From Eledone cirrhosa (lineage: Eukaryota), in contig OZ024747.1 of NCBI GenBank assembly GCA_964016885.1, positions 41,044,001-41,108,000 of the forward strand: 64,000 nucleotides of DNA. Direction: 5' to 3'. A program made the position numbers and the translations under genes. How positions within the stretch are numbered: the first letter of the stretch is position 1; the number at the start of each line of letters is the position of its first letter. The notes under the pieces are model-generated. The model was not told where the DNA came from and ran no database searches. It saw only the letters and a list, made by a program, of their open reading frames with translations. Positions 29,975 through 44,500 of the stretch are shown one piece after another.

Positions 29975-30834
29975 CTGGAATAAATAATATATATCTAAAT
30001 GTCATTACATAGATTATTTTGCTCCACGTAATTTTTTTTTTCACCAGTACTAGTTTATTACGAAGAATATTTTGATCGTGCAAGTTTACCTGTTAATAAT
30101 CTAATTTTTATATTCCTAACAGCTATATTATCTCCTTTTATTTTCAAATACATTGCTGACATAAATGCATTTGTAACTATAATTTGAATTACATTTTCGA
30201 TGTGCGACTACTACAAGTAATCGGGTCTGTATTTCCCTGAGAACTGCTTCTTTTGCATCATAATACATGTCACTCTTAATTAAATAAGATCGTAATATTG
30301 TGCTACTGTAAAGGGATTTTAGCACAAGAAAAGAATCAATCAAGCGCCACATTTTTTCATTCCTTATGGGGAGTAATTTTCTACATGCATAACAGCATGA
30401 ATGAATCAACAGAGCCTTCTCCAGCACAGATGTGGAACTATCCCACTCACACACATACGCCCCAGACACTGCAAGAATTCCGTCAATGCCACTGCCCTCT
30501 CGTCAATGTCTGTCCTCCCCACTGTCAATGACGCTACATTATGTCCCGTTACTGACACTACAGTCCCTACTCTCATGAACGCTACACTCTTTTCATTGCC
30601 AATACACCTTACTCAAGCAATAGATACATACGATGTGCAAGAAGCGGATTCGGTAAATATTTCGCTATCGCATGTTATGAGTTCAATCTTCTCACTAATC
30701 TTAATTGAGGACCGTGGGGCAACTATTATATAATGTGCTGTGTAGTTTGCTAGGTTATTTGGAAATTCTAAATCTGAACATTTATTCTATTTTATTCTTA
30801 TTTCGAAATATAAACTATAATTACTATTAGAAGG

Positions 30835-31260
30835 ATCGATCGACTTTCGTCAAATCGGACCGAGGAAACAATGTTTCCATCGGTCTTTCCAGTTGCTAGT
30901 ACTATCTATCGGTCGCAACTCCAGGTAGAAGGAGCAACGTTAAATAAAGTGTCTTGCTCAAGGACATAACGCATCGCCCGGTCCAGAAATCGAATTCACA
31001 ACCTCAAGATTGTGAATACAATTCTCTAACCACTCAGCTACACGCCTTCACTGTGGCTCAGTGGTTAGAGAATTTGATTCACAAACGTGAGGTTGTGAGT
31101 TCGATTCTTGGACCGGGCGATGCGTTATGTCCTTGAGCAAGACACTTTATTTCACGTTGCTCCTTCTACCTGGAGTTGCGACCGATAGATAGTATTAGCA
31201 ACTGGAAAGACCGATGGAAACATTGTTTCCTCGGTCCGATTTGACGAAAGTCGATCGTTC
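30835..31260. mobile_element. Head-to-head pair of a second tRNA SINE family (CORE-like)
   Basis: gtggctcagtggttagag A box, gagttcgatt B box, tgtccttgagcaagacact body. Minus copy 30835-31048, plus copy 31052-31260. Confidence 0.85.
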
Positions 31261-32239
31261 CTAATTTCTATTAATATACTCTAATTACACCATGGATCGC
31301 TGTTTCTCTTCTTGAAAATGTTGATAATCTATATTTTACGTGATTTGAACACCAAATTTTCAAGCTTTCTAATAATAGTTTTCTTGGAGATCCTGTTTGT
31401 ACAATTCTAAATCCTGAACGGCTACACACAAGAACACATTTTGAAGATTCGGTTGCAGATGTTATTGGTGTAGTAGTAGTAGTTGTTGTTGTTGTTGTGT
31501 TTATTGTTTAGCCCCTGAATAGCCCTGATTGAGGAGGCATATATGGTCAAATACATTCCTGCCATGATCATCTATGTTAATTTCAGAAATGGCTCTAAAT
31601 TCAGTATATATCTTTCCTTTTTTTTATATTTAAATGTGATTTGAGGGGGATTTGACTCTATTTCTAGCAACTCAACTAACCACATACAGTGCTTTCAGTG
31701 TTTGATTCATGTTGAATATACGAAATATCAATAGTTATTCTGTTGAAAAATCTGTTTGATGGAAACTAGCAGGGGACAAATGGTTCATTACTACTGGCTC
31801 CTAAAGCATGAAGCTAAGTATTGTGAAATACAAATAGTCGATGAAACTAATTTTGAAAATTTAATTACGTAGACAGTTTCAATGTTTTAACTTTGTTTGC
31901 TTTTTATCTGTATAAATATGTATTAATTCCCTTCTATGGTTTGTTTCATCAAAGTTTGACCTTTCGTTTGAGAAAATTACATTTTGATTAAATAACTGGG
32001 TGCCCAGAAAATAAACTGAACATTTAATAAATGAAAATGTATTTCTATAGCATTAGAGGTCAGAATGTTATTTCTTTTATTGTGATTGATAAATCTACTA
32101 TAATGCCTATCTGTAAGAAAAGCAGAATGAAATGTAGACACATAATCGAATTCTGGCAGCGACAGAAAAAATACGCACATTTGAGAAAAACAATCTACCA
32201 ATCTTTGGTGATGAACTGGTGAAATAGTTAGAGCGTTAG

Positions 32240-33000
32240 AAGAGACACCTTGCAGTATTTATTCCAACTCTTTGAGTTCTGAATGCGTGGCCCTTTTGAA
32301 GATAGTCAATAAGCACAATGCCTTTTGCATCCCAAAAAACTGAGACCATCACCTTCCCTGCAAGTGAAAGGACCTTGGCCTTCTTTTGTATAGGTGAGGA
32401 GGGGTTTTTTCCACTGTATGGATTGTCTCATTGTCTCTGTGTCTAAGTGATAAATCCAGCATTCAGCCTGGCTTAGGAAACATTAAAGGAAACTAATTGG
32501 ATATGCCTCAAACAATGTCAGATTTTCCCTAGATGTGATCAGCCTGGTGCGCTTTTGATCAGGGGTCAGAAGACGTGACACCCACCGAGCAGAAACCTTC
32601 GTCATGCTCAGCTCATTGTACAGACTATTCTCAACTCTTTCACAGGATAAGCTAATAGCAATGGCTACTTGGTTTATAGTCAATCACCTCTCCATCGTCA
32701 TGTGGTGAATACGATCAATGTTATTTCTCGCTGGTGGCAGTTGCAAGATGTCCTGACCTTGGGTCATCTTCAAGATTCCCTTCTCCTAAATTCAGCAGCC
32801 CACTTTTGAACTCTTGATAAAGCTGGAGCGTCATCCCCTAATGTAGCAACTATGTCAATTTGAATGTGCTTGGTGGCTGAACCCTTTTTCTGCTTAATAA
32901 CACCACGATGCAAAGTGTTGTCCATTTTCAAGTTAGGGCACTACTAGTTAATTTTGAAGTCTCCTTTGAACAGTCAGATGTCAGTTTACCTGGAAAGAAC
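32240..33000 (-). mobile_element. Degenerate mariner transposase
   Basis: ELSMTKVSARWVSRLLTPDQKRTR (WVPR-like) and downstream AGKVMVSVFWDAKGIVLIDYL. Confidence 0.85.
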
Positions 33001-33270
33001 AATAATGGTGAGAGAGAGATCATGTTGGTCGTGCTGCAGCTGATGATGATGATGGTGGTGGTGGTGGTGGTGGTGGTGGTGGTGGTGGTGGTGGTGGTGG
33101 TGGTGGTGGTGGTGGTGGTGACAGTGGTGATGATGGTGGTGATGATGGTGATGGTGATGGTTGATGGTGATGGTGGTGATGATGGTAATGGTGGTGGTGA
33201 TGGTGACAACGATGATGATGATGATGGTGGTGATGACGACGATGATGGTGATGGTGATGATGGTGATGGT

Positions 33271-33470
33271 NNNNNNNNNNNNNNNNNNNNNNNNNNNNNN
33301 NNNNNNNNNNNNNNNNNNNNNNNNNNNNNNNNNNNNNNNNNNNNNNNNNNNNNNNNNNNNNNNNNNNNNNNNNNNNNNNNNNNNNNNNNNNNNNNNNNNN
33401 NNNNNNNNNNNNNNNNNNNNNNNNNNNNNNNNNNNNNNNNNNNNNNNNNNNNNNNNNNNNNNNNNNNNNN
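33271..33470. other. Assembly gap (200 N)
   Basis: N run, preceded by (GGT/GAT)n. Confidence 1.
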
Positions 33471-34580
33471 GTCAAAGGGCAAAGGAGCTCTTAAGAGTCC
33501 ATGGCCTTCCAAAATCACCGGGAGAGATGACCCCTTAGCCTTTGTCAAGGCAGAATTCTAGGAGAAGGAAAACTCTGATATAACACCTGCAACCCTGATG
33601 GTATCCAATGATGTTGACATGTTCTTCTTTTTGGTAAATATCATCTTGGTTAAGAGAGTGGGACTGGCTTTGTGCAATGCCTTTGCTCACTATAAAAGCT
33701 TCACGGCACAGGCATTGCTTTATATCTGGAGATCTCTCTGCACTTGTCATCACATGGTACCATGGGCCCAGCACTGTGTGTCAATAATTGTCACAGGTGT
33801 AGTGTTTGTACCAGAGTTTTCAAGTCGTTGGCTGGACTGGGGGGTCACACTCGTTCAGCGCATCGGTGGGGGTCCTCCTACATGGATGTGGGGTGGTGGC
33901 CGTACTCGAAAGCGAGTTGGCAGCCACCATGTATGTATGTATGTATGTATGTATGTATGTATGTATGTATGTCAGGTCACCAGTTGGTGCTACTGGTAAC
34001 ATGTATCCCAGTACAACCTGTCTCATGGTCGGCTCGTTGGTGACTAATCTGGCAACCCCGCCAAGGTTTCCTGGTGAGGAGGGTGACTTTGGACATCCTG
34101 CAGGACTAAAAACAAAATCTGTCAAAGGGAAAAGGAGCTCTTAAGAATCAATGGCCATCCAAAATCACCGGGAGAGATGACCCCTTAGTCTTTGTCAAGG
34201 CAGAATTCTAGGAGAACGAAAACTCTGATATAACACATGCAACCCTGATGGTATCCAATGATGTTGACTTGTTCTTCTTTTTGGTAAATATCATCTTGGT
34301 TAAGAGGGTGGAACTGGCTTTGTGCAGTGCCTTTGCTCACTATAAAAGCTTCACAGCACAGGTATTGCTTTATATCTGGAGATCTCTCTCCACTTGTCGT
34401 CACATAGTACCATGGGCCCAGCACTGTGTTTCAATAATTGTCAGAGGTGTAGTGTTTGTACCAGAGTTTTCAAGTCGCTGGCTGGACTAAAATTCACACA
34501 CATTCAGCGCATCGGTAGGGGTTCTCCTACATGGATATAAAGTAGTGGCCGTACTCGAAAACGAATTGGCAGCCACCATA
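33471..34580 (+). repeat. 650-bp-period tandem duplication with (TATG)n spacer
   Basis: 33471-33930 matches 34121-34580 with many substitutions; non-coding. Confidence 0.88.
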
Positions 34581-34646
34581 TATATATATATTCTTATATA
34601 TATATATACATGTATATATATATGTATATATATATATATTTAATAC

Positions 34647-34684
<38 letters not shown>

Positions 34685-34687
34685 ATT

Positions 34688-34721
<34 letters not shown>

Positions 34722-34739
34722 TATATATATATATATATT

Positions 34740-34811
<72 letters not shown>

Positions 34812-35012
34812 ATATATATATGTATATATATATATATATATGTATATATATGTATGTATATAAATATGTATATATATATATGTATGTATATACATATGTA
34901 TATATATATATGTATGTATATACATATGTATATATATATATGTATGTATATAAATATGTATATATATATATGTATGTATATAAATATGTATATATATATG
35001 TATATAAATATG

Positions 35013-35046
<34 letters not shown>

Positions 35047-35064
35047 TATATGTATATAAATATG

Positions 35065-35119
<55 letters not shown>

Positions 35120-35266
35120 GTATATAAATATGTATATATATATATGTATATAAATATGTATATATATATATGTATATATATATGTATATATATATGTATA
35201 TATATATATGTATATATATATGTATATATATATGTATATATATATGTATATATATATATATATTTG

Positions 35267-35297
<31 letters not shown>

Positions 35298-35298
35298 G

Positions 35299-35330
<32 letters not shown>

Positions 35331-35332
35331 TG

Positions 35333-35365
<33 letters not shown>

Positions 35366-35402
35366 GTATATATATATATTTATATGTATATATATGTATA
35401 TA

Positions 35403-35483
<81 letters not shown>

Positions 35484-35508
35484 GTATATATATATGTATA
35501 TATATATG

Positions 35509-35594
<86 letters not shown>
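34580..35594. repeat. About 1-kb interrupted (TA)n tract
   Basis: Seen directly; similar tracts at about 7904-8215, 11504-12000, 13394-13895 and 53690-54197. Confidence 0.98.
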
Positions 35595-35597
<3 letters not shown>

Positions 35598-35665
35598 AGC
35601 AAGGTGTGTCTATATTTGAGTAGGCTTAGTGAATGTGAGTGTATACACACACACATATACACACG

Positions 35666-35708
<43 letters not shown>

Positions 35709-38459
35709 GTGTATGTGTGTGTGTATGTATGTAAGTATCTGTGTGTGTATCCGTTTCAAACCCATCTGTTCTCTAACTTAGTGTCGTTCTTATACTTTTT
35801 TCTTATTTCATTATTATCCCTTTATTCTCTTACTCTACTTCGGTAAACGTTTTAATCCATTTCTTTAGAGCGCCATATATACTGTATAACCCTACTCTCA
35901 TCTACCTAAAAATATATGTTATTAAGGGAGCTGAGTCTTTGTGTATATGTGTCTGTCTGTCTGCCTGACTGCTTCGGGGTCATGGTATGGATGTGTGCGT
36001 GTAATTATGTTCACAATACATCTTTCGAATGATATTTTTGCGTCAATTTTTTTCTTGTTGTTTTTGCATTAAACTGATCTGCTTTTTTCCTTAGCCACAA
36101 GTTTTTATTTTGGTATATTTCCCGAGCTATTTCGACAAGGTCAAAGTGCTATATTTTTATGTGACTTGTTTAAAAATGTCATTTTATCCCAACTCAAAGT
36201 ATGTAAAGTGTGGAATTTGCCAGAAGCTTTGGCTAAATCTCATAAGGTTTCGGATAAATGTCATGAGATTTCGTTTAGAGCTTTCTAGTCTGGAATATTA
36301 AGTAGGTACGGAAATAATTTTTATGCAGAAATTATTGCTTTTCTGAATCGTTGAGATGATGAAAATCACTGGATGGATTATTAACTCATACGCGTAAGTT
36401 GTGTAAGACAGAACACATGCAATGATTGTAAAGCTAATGATAGTGAAATTAAATAGCTTTCCAAGATCTCAGCCAAACAATGGTTCCTGTCATATAATTA
36501 ACGCTGACAGTGGATAGAAACAACTATGTGATAAAGGTGCATTCCAAGCATTTAAAGCAACTTGATCCCAACAAACTGAATAAAATGTTAGACTTATCAA
36601 TCTGCAAAGGTAAACACGTTTCAAATAGAATCAAGAAACCTGAATGAGATGATAGTTTCAAGTTGACATTTACACTGTGATAGAAAAAATAACTGTTTTT
36701 ACTTTGATAAAGACAACGTTGATTAAATCGATAGAGCTATATCCAATAGTCATGTCCGGCCAGCACGCTTTGCGATTTCTTATGGCTAAAAGTATTAACA
36801 TTCAAATATCCCAGAATTGGAATCGACCTCCATTGGTTTCCAACTCCATGAGTGTTCCAGTTGTTCGATCTGCAGAACTGCCTACTCATGAAATTACCGT
36901 GTAAGTTGGTGAACATTCCTCAGACACGTGTACCTTTAATGTAATTCTCAATCTGATACGGCGTATGACAAGACCTTTTCTAATTACTGTTACATTCCAT
37001 CTGACAATTTCCGTTTACCAAAGACTTGGGTCTACCCGAGGTTATGGTAAATGACACATTCCCAAGATGCTACGCTGGTGGATGGAACCCGGGACCTAAT
37101 GATTGCGAAGCGAACTTCTTAACTATTCGGCCATTCTATCCCAGACTTACTTGCTAGAACCATAGTTTGTATAGCTTACAATTCCATGCGAGGGAAGCGT
37201 TGTTTATTTTGGAGAGCTTTTGTTTTGTTATTTTTTTGTTTTTATGGCTAACGCTTATAGGTAAGTGGGCTTCAGCACGAACACTTAGCCGAGATCTAGA
37301 TACACTATTTGAAGTGAAGTCTTTAAGAAATGATTCGATATTTATGGGGCTTAGCATTTGAAAATTCTGCGATAGATGTATATGTGAGACTGACCAACCT
37401 AAGCGATGTATGGCTTTTGATAGAATATATATGAACACAGAATGTATCCTGAATCCATGTCTTGTCAGTATATTACACGCAACACCGGAAGACTAGTTGA
37501 AATATAGCCTTATCGAATTAAGTTTTAAGTTAATATTAATGGAAAGAACAAAATAATTCACAGTTGCTAGGATTTCTGGCACGATACATGATTAACTACC
37601 AGTATAGTATAACATACGTAAGCATCAGCTGATCACAGTTTCAATATTTTAGCTGTTTTGGGAGCGATTTGGCGCTTATAAATACGTTTTGGTGGTGATT
37701 GTTATAAAGCGAACGTCTCCATCAGGATAAGCACATCATTCAGGTTTGAACACTGCTAATGCCAATTGCAAATTGATAGACGTTATATCTTTCAATGTTG
37801 TAGTTAATAAATTCAATACCTAAAACAGTGAGAACACTATGATGATGATGTTAATGATGATGATGGCGACGACGTTGACCACGCTAAAAGTTATAAATGG
37901 AATAGTTTTAATATTTACTTATTGTATATAAATTAGTTAACGTACACCTAATAAACTACTGCTCTTGCAATTAAGTCCTTTGTATATGTTGTTGCTGCAG
38001 TTGTTGCTGCAGTTGCTATTGCAGTTGCTACTGCCACTACTGTTACTGCTACGGCTGTTGAGAGTTCTCAGATATCTCAACTTTCCATTGGCTATGTTTC
38101 ATTATAAATTTTGTTTTTATTATAATAGTTAAAAGCACATCAACAGATCAAGCCAGGTCTACCACTTCCTCCAAAAGCAGAGACCTGAAAGATATATTTT
38201 ATTAGTAACCTGATGTGGAGACAGCCTAGTTTCCTGCAACAGCATGAAGATAGAATAGCTAAACATATCAGGGAATCAGCCACCTTATCCGCTATAGCCA
38301 TGAACAATGTATAACTAAAACATTGAAATGGGCTACAAATGCTAGGCATTACTGTATGCATGTATGGCCCCATCCCTCTCCAGGCCTGAGTACAGTAGAT
38401 TTGATCCATAGAAAGATAGAAAGTGAGAGAGAGGAAATGAGAAAGAGATATAGAGGAAG

Positions 38460-38619
38460 AATCAACCCCAGTACTAGACTGGTACTTTTTTTATCGACAT
38501 CGAAAGGATGAAAGGCAAAGTTGACCTCGGTGGGATTTGAACTCAGATAGCAGAGAGCCGAAACGAATACAAATAAATCATTCTATCCGACGTTCTAACG
38601 ACTCTGCCAATTCGCCGCC
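38460..38619 (-). mobile_element. tRNA-derived SINE (older copy)
   Basis: ggatgaaaggcaaagttgacctcggtgggatttgaactcag core. Confidence 0.85.
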
Positions 38620-39109
38620 TAGTCACTATCATATCTCAATGTAAACCTGACTGCATGGATTTAGTTTGATTAGTTTGGGTACGTGCAGTTTATTTCAGTA
38701 TGTGTGTGTATTTCGGGCAATGTTCATTGAGGGTATAAGTCGAGGATTATTTCTGGTGGTAATGGTGATTATGTGTGAACGCAATACCAATTACATTATG
38801 TGGTAGTAGACGCTGCTGCAAAGTAATATAGAAACTACGTGATACGACAGCTGCAACTTTATAACGTCTGCCGTCCCCATACGAGTAACTGAAGCAGACT
38901 GGTTGCAGTTTTACAGGGCTGGAGTATGGTTTTGATGGATGTATTTAAATTTATTGTATGTCTTGTGCAGTACCTATATGGTGAGTGGGGCTGATTGTAG
39001 GATTATGGTTTGTGTTTGCTTGAGTTCTTTGGATTAAATTTGTTTATGTTCTAGTTAAGAGAAATAACGGTTATATATATTTATATCTATATATAGATAG
39101 ATAGATAAA

Positions 39110-39633
39110 TTTCTTTATTAGCCACATGGGCAGAAAAGAAGGGGACAAATACAAATAGTGAGTTTACATACAGGTATATGAAAATAAAACTATTAATACA
39201 ATAGCAAATAATAATTGAAATCCCCAATAGGGGGGAGGTGTTACACAGGGCTTGTACACACCCCGAAAAAATGTACAACCCTCATCTCCAGGAGCACCAA
39301 GAGTGAGTACTCCCTTCCTCTCTTCCTCTTTTTCCTCAACCTACAGGCTTATATAGAGAAAAGGCCCAACCACTCAGGCCATCTTTGCCACATTCACAAA
39401 CCTTTTATAAAATTTGCTGAGGTACAGCACCTCTCTCTCCATCCTGATTCTTCTTCCAAAATGATATTTGAAAAAACGAATCAGTTGCTCGCCGGAGAGA
39501 AAGGTGTCTGACCTCAGCCCTTTTAACCTCGTCCACCATATACCCTCTTTCACCATAGCCATAACACATAGGAAAACCGCCTCTCCCTCGTTTTTGAAGG
39601 AGGGTGGCAGTGTGATCATGACAATGGACTCGG

Positions 39634-39634
<1 letters not shown>
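39110..39634 (-). mobile_element. 3' fragment of a related Tx1/L1 LINE
   Basis: PPSFKNEGEAVFLCVMAMVKEGIWWTRLKG is homologous to the 16234-16656 ORF; AATAAA at the 3' end; (GATA)n on both sides. Confidence 0.85.
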
Positions 39635-39717
<83 letters not shown>

Positions 39718-41049
39718 AACTAACTGCATCAGAAACTTACGTTGTACTAATACTCACAACTATGATGATGGGCTGCTACTGCTACTACTACTACTACTAC
39801 TACTACAACTACTGATGATGATGATGATGATGATGATACCTTTAAACATTTTAGACCTTATGCAAAGTTGACATTTATTCAGTCACCAAAAGGTCCGTCG
39901 ATCTGCTATTCTCTCTGTGTCTTCTATCACAACTGTAACATACTAAGCTAGTTAGTATAAATTCTTCTCACATTATCATGCGACAAACAGCTCGCTCTTC
40001 CCTCAGTCAACCTTAGTGGATATTTTTATCTCCTAAAACTCACGCTACATACACTACACTGACCTTATTCCACCGAACTGCAGTTCTGAGGAATTCTCAC
40101 CAATTTTAAAACCCTTGATAATGCCTTAGGTTCTGTCTGCCAATTCCACTCACTTATAAATAAACAAATATTTTACCTCGAAGCCATTTTGCTTCACGTA
40201 CGTCTTTTATTCGCAAGGAAGACGTTACTGACGTGATTTCTTATTTCTCCCTCTTCTACACATCTCAAGATTCTAAGATATGTTTGTGATGATTATGATC
40301 AATGTTATTAACCATTATACCGTACTATAGCAAACCTACATTATCTAGCAATCAGGTTGTGCAGTGTAATCTAGTGTTTACTAACTGATGTCTAGATATT
40401 AGCCTATACTGGAAACGACATGAGACTGAACTAGAATAATTAGTTATATATCCAACTAATTAGATGATTATTTTCGTGTTTACGTCTACGCTTGTCTAGA
40501 CTTTAAATAAAATGGAATCATGTTCCTAAATTATGCTGGGCCATAAAGAGAAAGTTTCTTATTCATACGTCACTATTTTTGATACGAGAAACATTACGCA
40601 GTTGCTAGATATCTGCGTGTTCTTCTAGATTTTGTTTCCAATATTCTCTCCAACCTAAGAACAATGCTCTCTCATTGGAATTTAGCAACATCGTCAATAT
40701 ATGTATCTACACACGTATTTATTTATGCATGCTTCACGTTACATGAATGTATCTATATATTTTGACTTAAGTGTACATACACATGTTTGTTTGTCTATGC
40801 GTGTGTGTGTCTATGTAAGTCTATGCGTGTGTGTGTCTATGTGTGTCTATGCGTGTTTGTCTATGCGTGTGTATATATATATATATACACCAACTACCGG
40901 TTAAACATCTGAAATGTTTTTTTCTTATTTCAACAGTTTCAGTTATATCTTGTAATCCGGACACAGGCATATATAAGATGGAAACGAAGAAGCAAGAGGC
41001 CTTCTACCAAAGTAAATGAATGTAGTAAAATGACAACTAGGTCACTGTA

Positions 41050-44000
41050 ATAATGGCAATAATAATAAAAAAGAAAAGGAAACAAAAGAATAGGGAATAT
41101 AGAATATAGAGAAAAGGAGAAAATGAAAGAAGAGACAGAACGGGAAGGGGATGGGTGGAAAGAGCTCTGGTATTGTAGAAGAGAGGGGAGGGTGATTGGG
41201 CTTTGGGCCTAGGGTAAGGGGGCAGAAGGGCTGCGCCCTTCGGACAGGACCGCAAAAACATTCCCGAGGACGATGGCCAGTGACGCCCGCTGCAACAGCC
41301 ACCCTACATCGTGGGGCTCCTTCTTCAGACGGGTCGCCGACGTTCCGATCTTGCAGAGGAGTTCGGCAGTACGGGGTCCAAGTACGCCTGAGGTCTCGAC
41401 GGCGACCGGTGCGAAGAGGACGCGGCCGGACAATCCCCGGTATTTGTTTATCTTCCTTTCCTCTGGGGTTTGTGGCCGAAGCGACTAAGTTGGAGACGGA
41501 CCGCGTGCCTCAGCAGGTGGCGTCCCAGATGAGGGATCTACCTCCTTCGAATGAGAAGAGGGTGATTTCGTCGGGGCGCTTGCCATCTCAGCGGTCTAGG
41601 CCTGTTGACTCCAGTTGAGATGGAAAGACAGCTGCGTCCAGGCCCCTTCTCAATATGTCCTTGAGAGCGGCGTGTCGGGGGGAACCGGCCTGCGCTCTGG
41701 CGGCAATACAGAGGGTGCAGGCCGAACTTGTCAACAACCGCCCCACAGCGGCATTTATATGGATCACACTCGCCGCTGTTGGGCTGAGAAGCGGAGTCGA
41801 GGGAGGCAAGGTGGTGTTGGTCCAAGTCAGACGTGACCCGCAATTAATTTCGTCCTAGTTACGTTGGACCGTAGTATACTGGGGAATAGAGAGGCCAGAA
41901 CCTGTTCCCTCTCAGGGGCCAGATCAGGTTTGGCCGTCTGACTGAGAACCTCGCTGACGAGAGCACGACAGGAGGAGATAGAGGAAAGGTAGGCAGATAA
42001 AGCTAGGTCCAAAGCTGATCAGAGACCGAGGCACCGAACCTCACTGGGAGTGTCGCCTGTTGCCAGCCTGCGCTGTCGAACCTGACATTGCAGATGAGTT
42101 CCGCATAGCGTCGAATGGTGGCATCAAGTTCCCAGAGAAGATGTGTGTCGGAGTGGCAAGGTGCTCCGCGCCGCGTGAATGTGAATTTAGGGAGAGTGAA
42201 ACAGTTCTTCAAGAGGAAGAGTGTCAATGAGGGGCAGCCTCTCAGCTAATCGGGACAAATCCGCATTCGTCTCCAGGTATTCTCTTATGGCTTTCGGGGG
42301 AATGGGTGGAGGGGGCGAGAATGCATGCAGCGTCCTTGGGTGTCAGCCGTAGCAGATGTTGGTCACCTTAGACTTGGTTGGGTTGATCTCAAGTTGAAAG
42401 ATCTTTAGCGCTGGGATGATTTGTCGAAGGTCCCCAACTACCGTCTCAGCCGGGCTGCTCTAGGTCGCGCCGTCGAGGTACCAGACGTTGAGGGGTGACC
42501 GGACCGCCCGGGCTACATCGTCGATTGCCAGTGCGAATAAGAGCGAGCCGATTGGGTGCCCCTGCTGGACACCTGTGGCGGAAGTAACCTTGTTGTCGGT
42601 GGCCATAAGTGAGCTAGGTCTTCCGTACGAAAGGTGAACGAGGGGGTAGATAGAGGGGAATCGTCTGAAATATGTCTCTAGGACGTGATCCCGTCTAACA
42701 CTGTTGAAGGCGTTAGTCATATCCAGATTTACGAGGAGGTGGGGTGACGAGGGAGGCGCGTGCTCTATGAAGTGTCTAGCCGCATGAGCTGTGGCTTCAC
42801 AACCGCACTTGATTCCCACTCCGAGCTGGACTGGGCTTAGTACCTCACTCATGTCATCTTTGACTGAGTTGCAAGCTCTCTTGCCTGCAAGTCGTCGGAA
42901 GACGTTACCAACCGCGATTGAGCGGACGCCTCCGTCATTCTTCCTCTTGGCGGTCAATCTGTCTGGGAAGAAAAGATCGAGGGCATGGATGGGCAAGTTA
43001 GCGCGGAGGAGACAGTTGGTGAGTGCTGTTAAATACTGGAGTAGTCGGGCACCTGCCTCCACCACGTGAGATCTCGGAGGTGACCTGGGTGCAAGCCGCC
43101 CACTCCGTCACTGTTTCTACCAGGAAAAGATCTTAGGGTGGCTACTACGTCCTCGCTGAACGCTGCCGGAAAAAGATGGCTGGCCAGATCTGGAGTGCCC
43201 CTGATGTCGGCAGGAGGGTCCGGATGTTTGAAGCGTTGACAAAATATCCGGTGTTGGTCGGAGCACAGCATCGCTTGAGGCCAGCACACGAACAACCATT
43301 GATACGTCGCCCTCAATTAGTTTGAGGTTGACTCTGTCCCGGAGACGTTTCGTGCTGCAGTAGGTGAATTGAGGTCGTTGTGTTGGCACTGGTGGACAGC
43401 ATAAGAGTGCCGAGAGGTTTGCGAGAGAAGGTTCACAGAAAGAGGCGACATTGCCCTTGAGCCTCGAAGCCATGGAGGGACCAGACTTGTTTCTCATCGT
43501 AGGGTTCCCCACCAACGGGATTCCGAGTACGACAGTAGCAAAGCTGAACAGTCTGGTCTAGTCCCGTGAATCGTCAGAGTCAAGCGCTCGGTCGATTGAA
43601 GTCGCTAGCGCTTCAGCCACGTGAGTGCGGGCAGACCTGGATATCCTGGTGATGACTCTCCGCGACTGCCTGAGTCGGGAGATCTCCACCAGATACACGT
43701 CCGAGCCGAGTGGGTTCAGGTCCCCGTTGGATCGGGTGCCCGTGACCACCTGTGGTGTCGTGGTGGATAGGAATGATGGGCAGTGCCACCGGTGGAAGGA
43801 ATCCGACGCGCGCCTTATGAGTTTGACGCAAGAAAGGTGGAAGAAGCTGTTACAGTTGGAACAGTACCTTCCTCTCTTGCGTCTGTTGAGCGTGGTGCAT
43901 GAGTGGCACTGGTCAACCTCCCGTGGGGTGGAAAGTTGAGGAGAGGTGGGCATTACGTTCAGAGGTGCGAGAGGTCAAATCTTCCGCCATATGGGTAAGA

Positions 44001-44500
44001 AGAAGAGATGACTGGATCGCACGGAATAGGGGTTGGGAGCAAGCTATAACGGAGGATTGTAAACAGTGCCTAGGGGTGAGTGTACGCATGGTGTTGAGTT
44101 GAATGTCGTGTGTGTCCGGGCATCCAAAGCAGCAAGTTCGATAACAGTGAATTGGGGAAAAAGGGAGAGAAAAAAAAAAGAGAAAAATGTTTTTCTTTAG
44201 AACAGTGAGTCACACAGACGAAGGAGAGAAGAGGTCGAAAATTGAAAAAGAGGTCCTGAGGTCCCGAGATGCACCGAAACGAAGAAGTGCCGAGATGGAT
44301 GCTGTGTGTGTGTGCGCATGCATTCAAAACGGCAAATTCGACAAAAGTGCAAAGTTGGATCCGAAAGATAATAAAGCACCGAAGAGAGGAAGCCGAAACT
44401 GGAGAATTCCGAGAAGTGTCAGAGACTGTGGAGGAAAAAACATGTATATGATGTGTTCACGAGACACGTGTAACGTGTGATTACGAACAAAATGTCAAAT
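41050..44500 (-). mobile_element. CRE-clade-like non-LTR retrotransposon (PHD + RT + RLE), disrupted
   Basis: PHD-like CHSC...CSNCNSFFHLSC...WHCP (43558-43953); RT GGVRSIAVG...DMTNAFNSV...GVQQGHPIG...WYLDG (42460-43065); CRCG knuckle and PVAVETSGVLG RLE tail. Confidence 0.82.

Noticed and set aside
31052-31125. tRNA gene
   Set aside because: A and B boxes continue into a SINE body with no proper acceptor stem.
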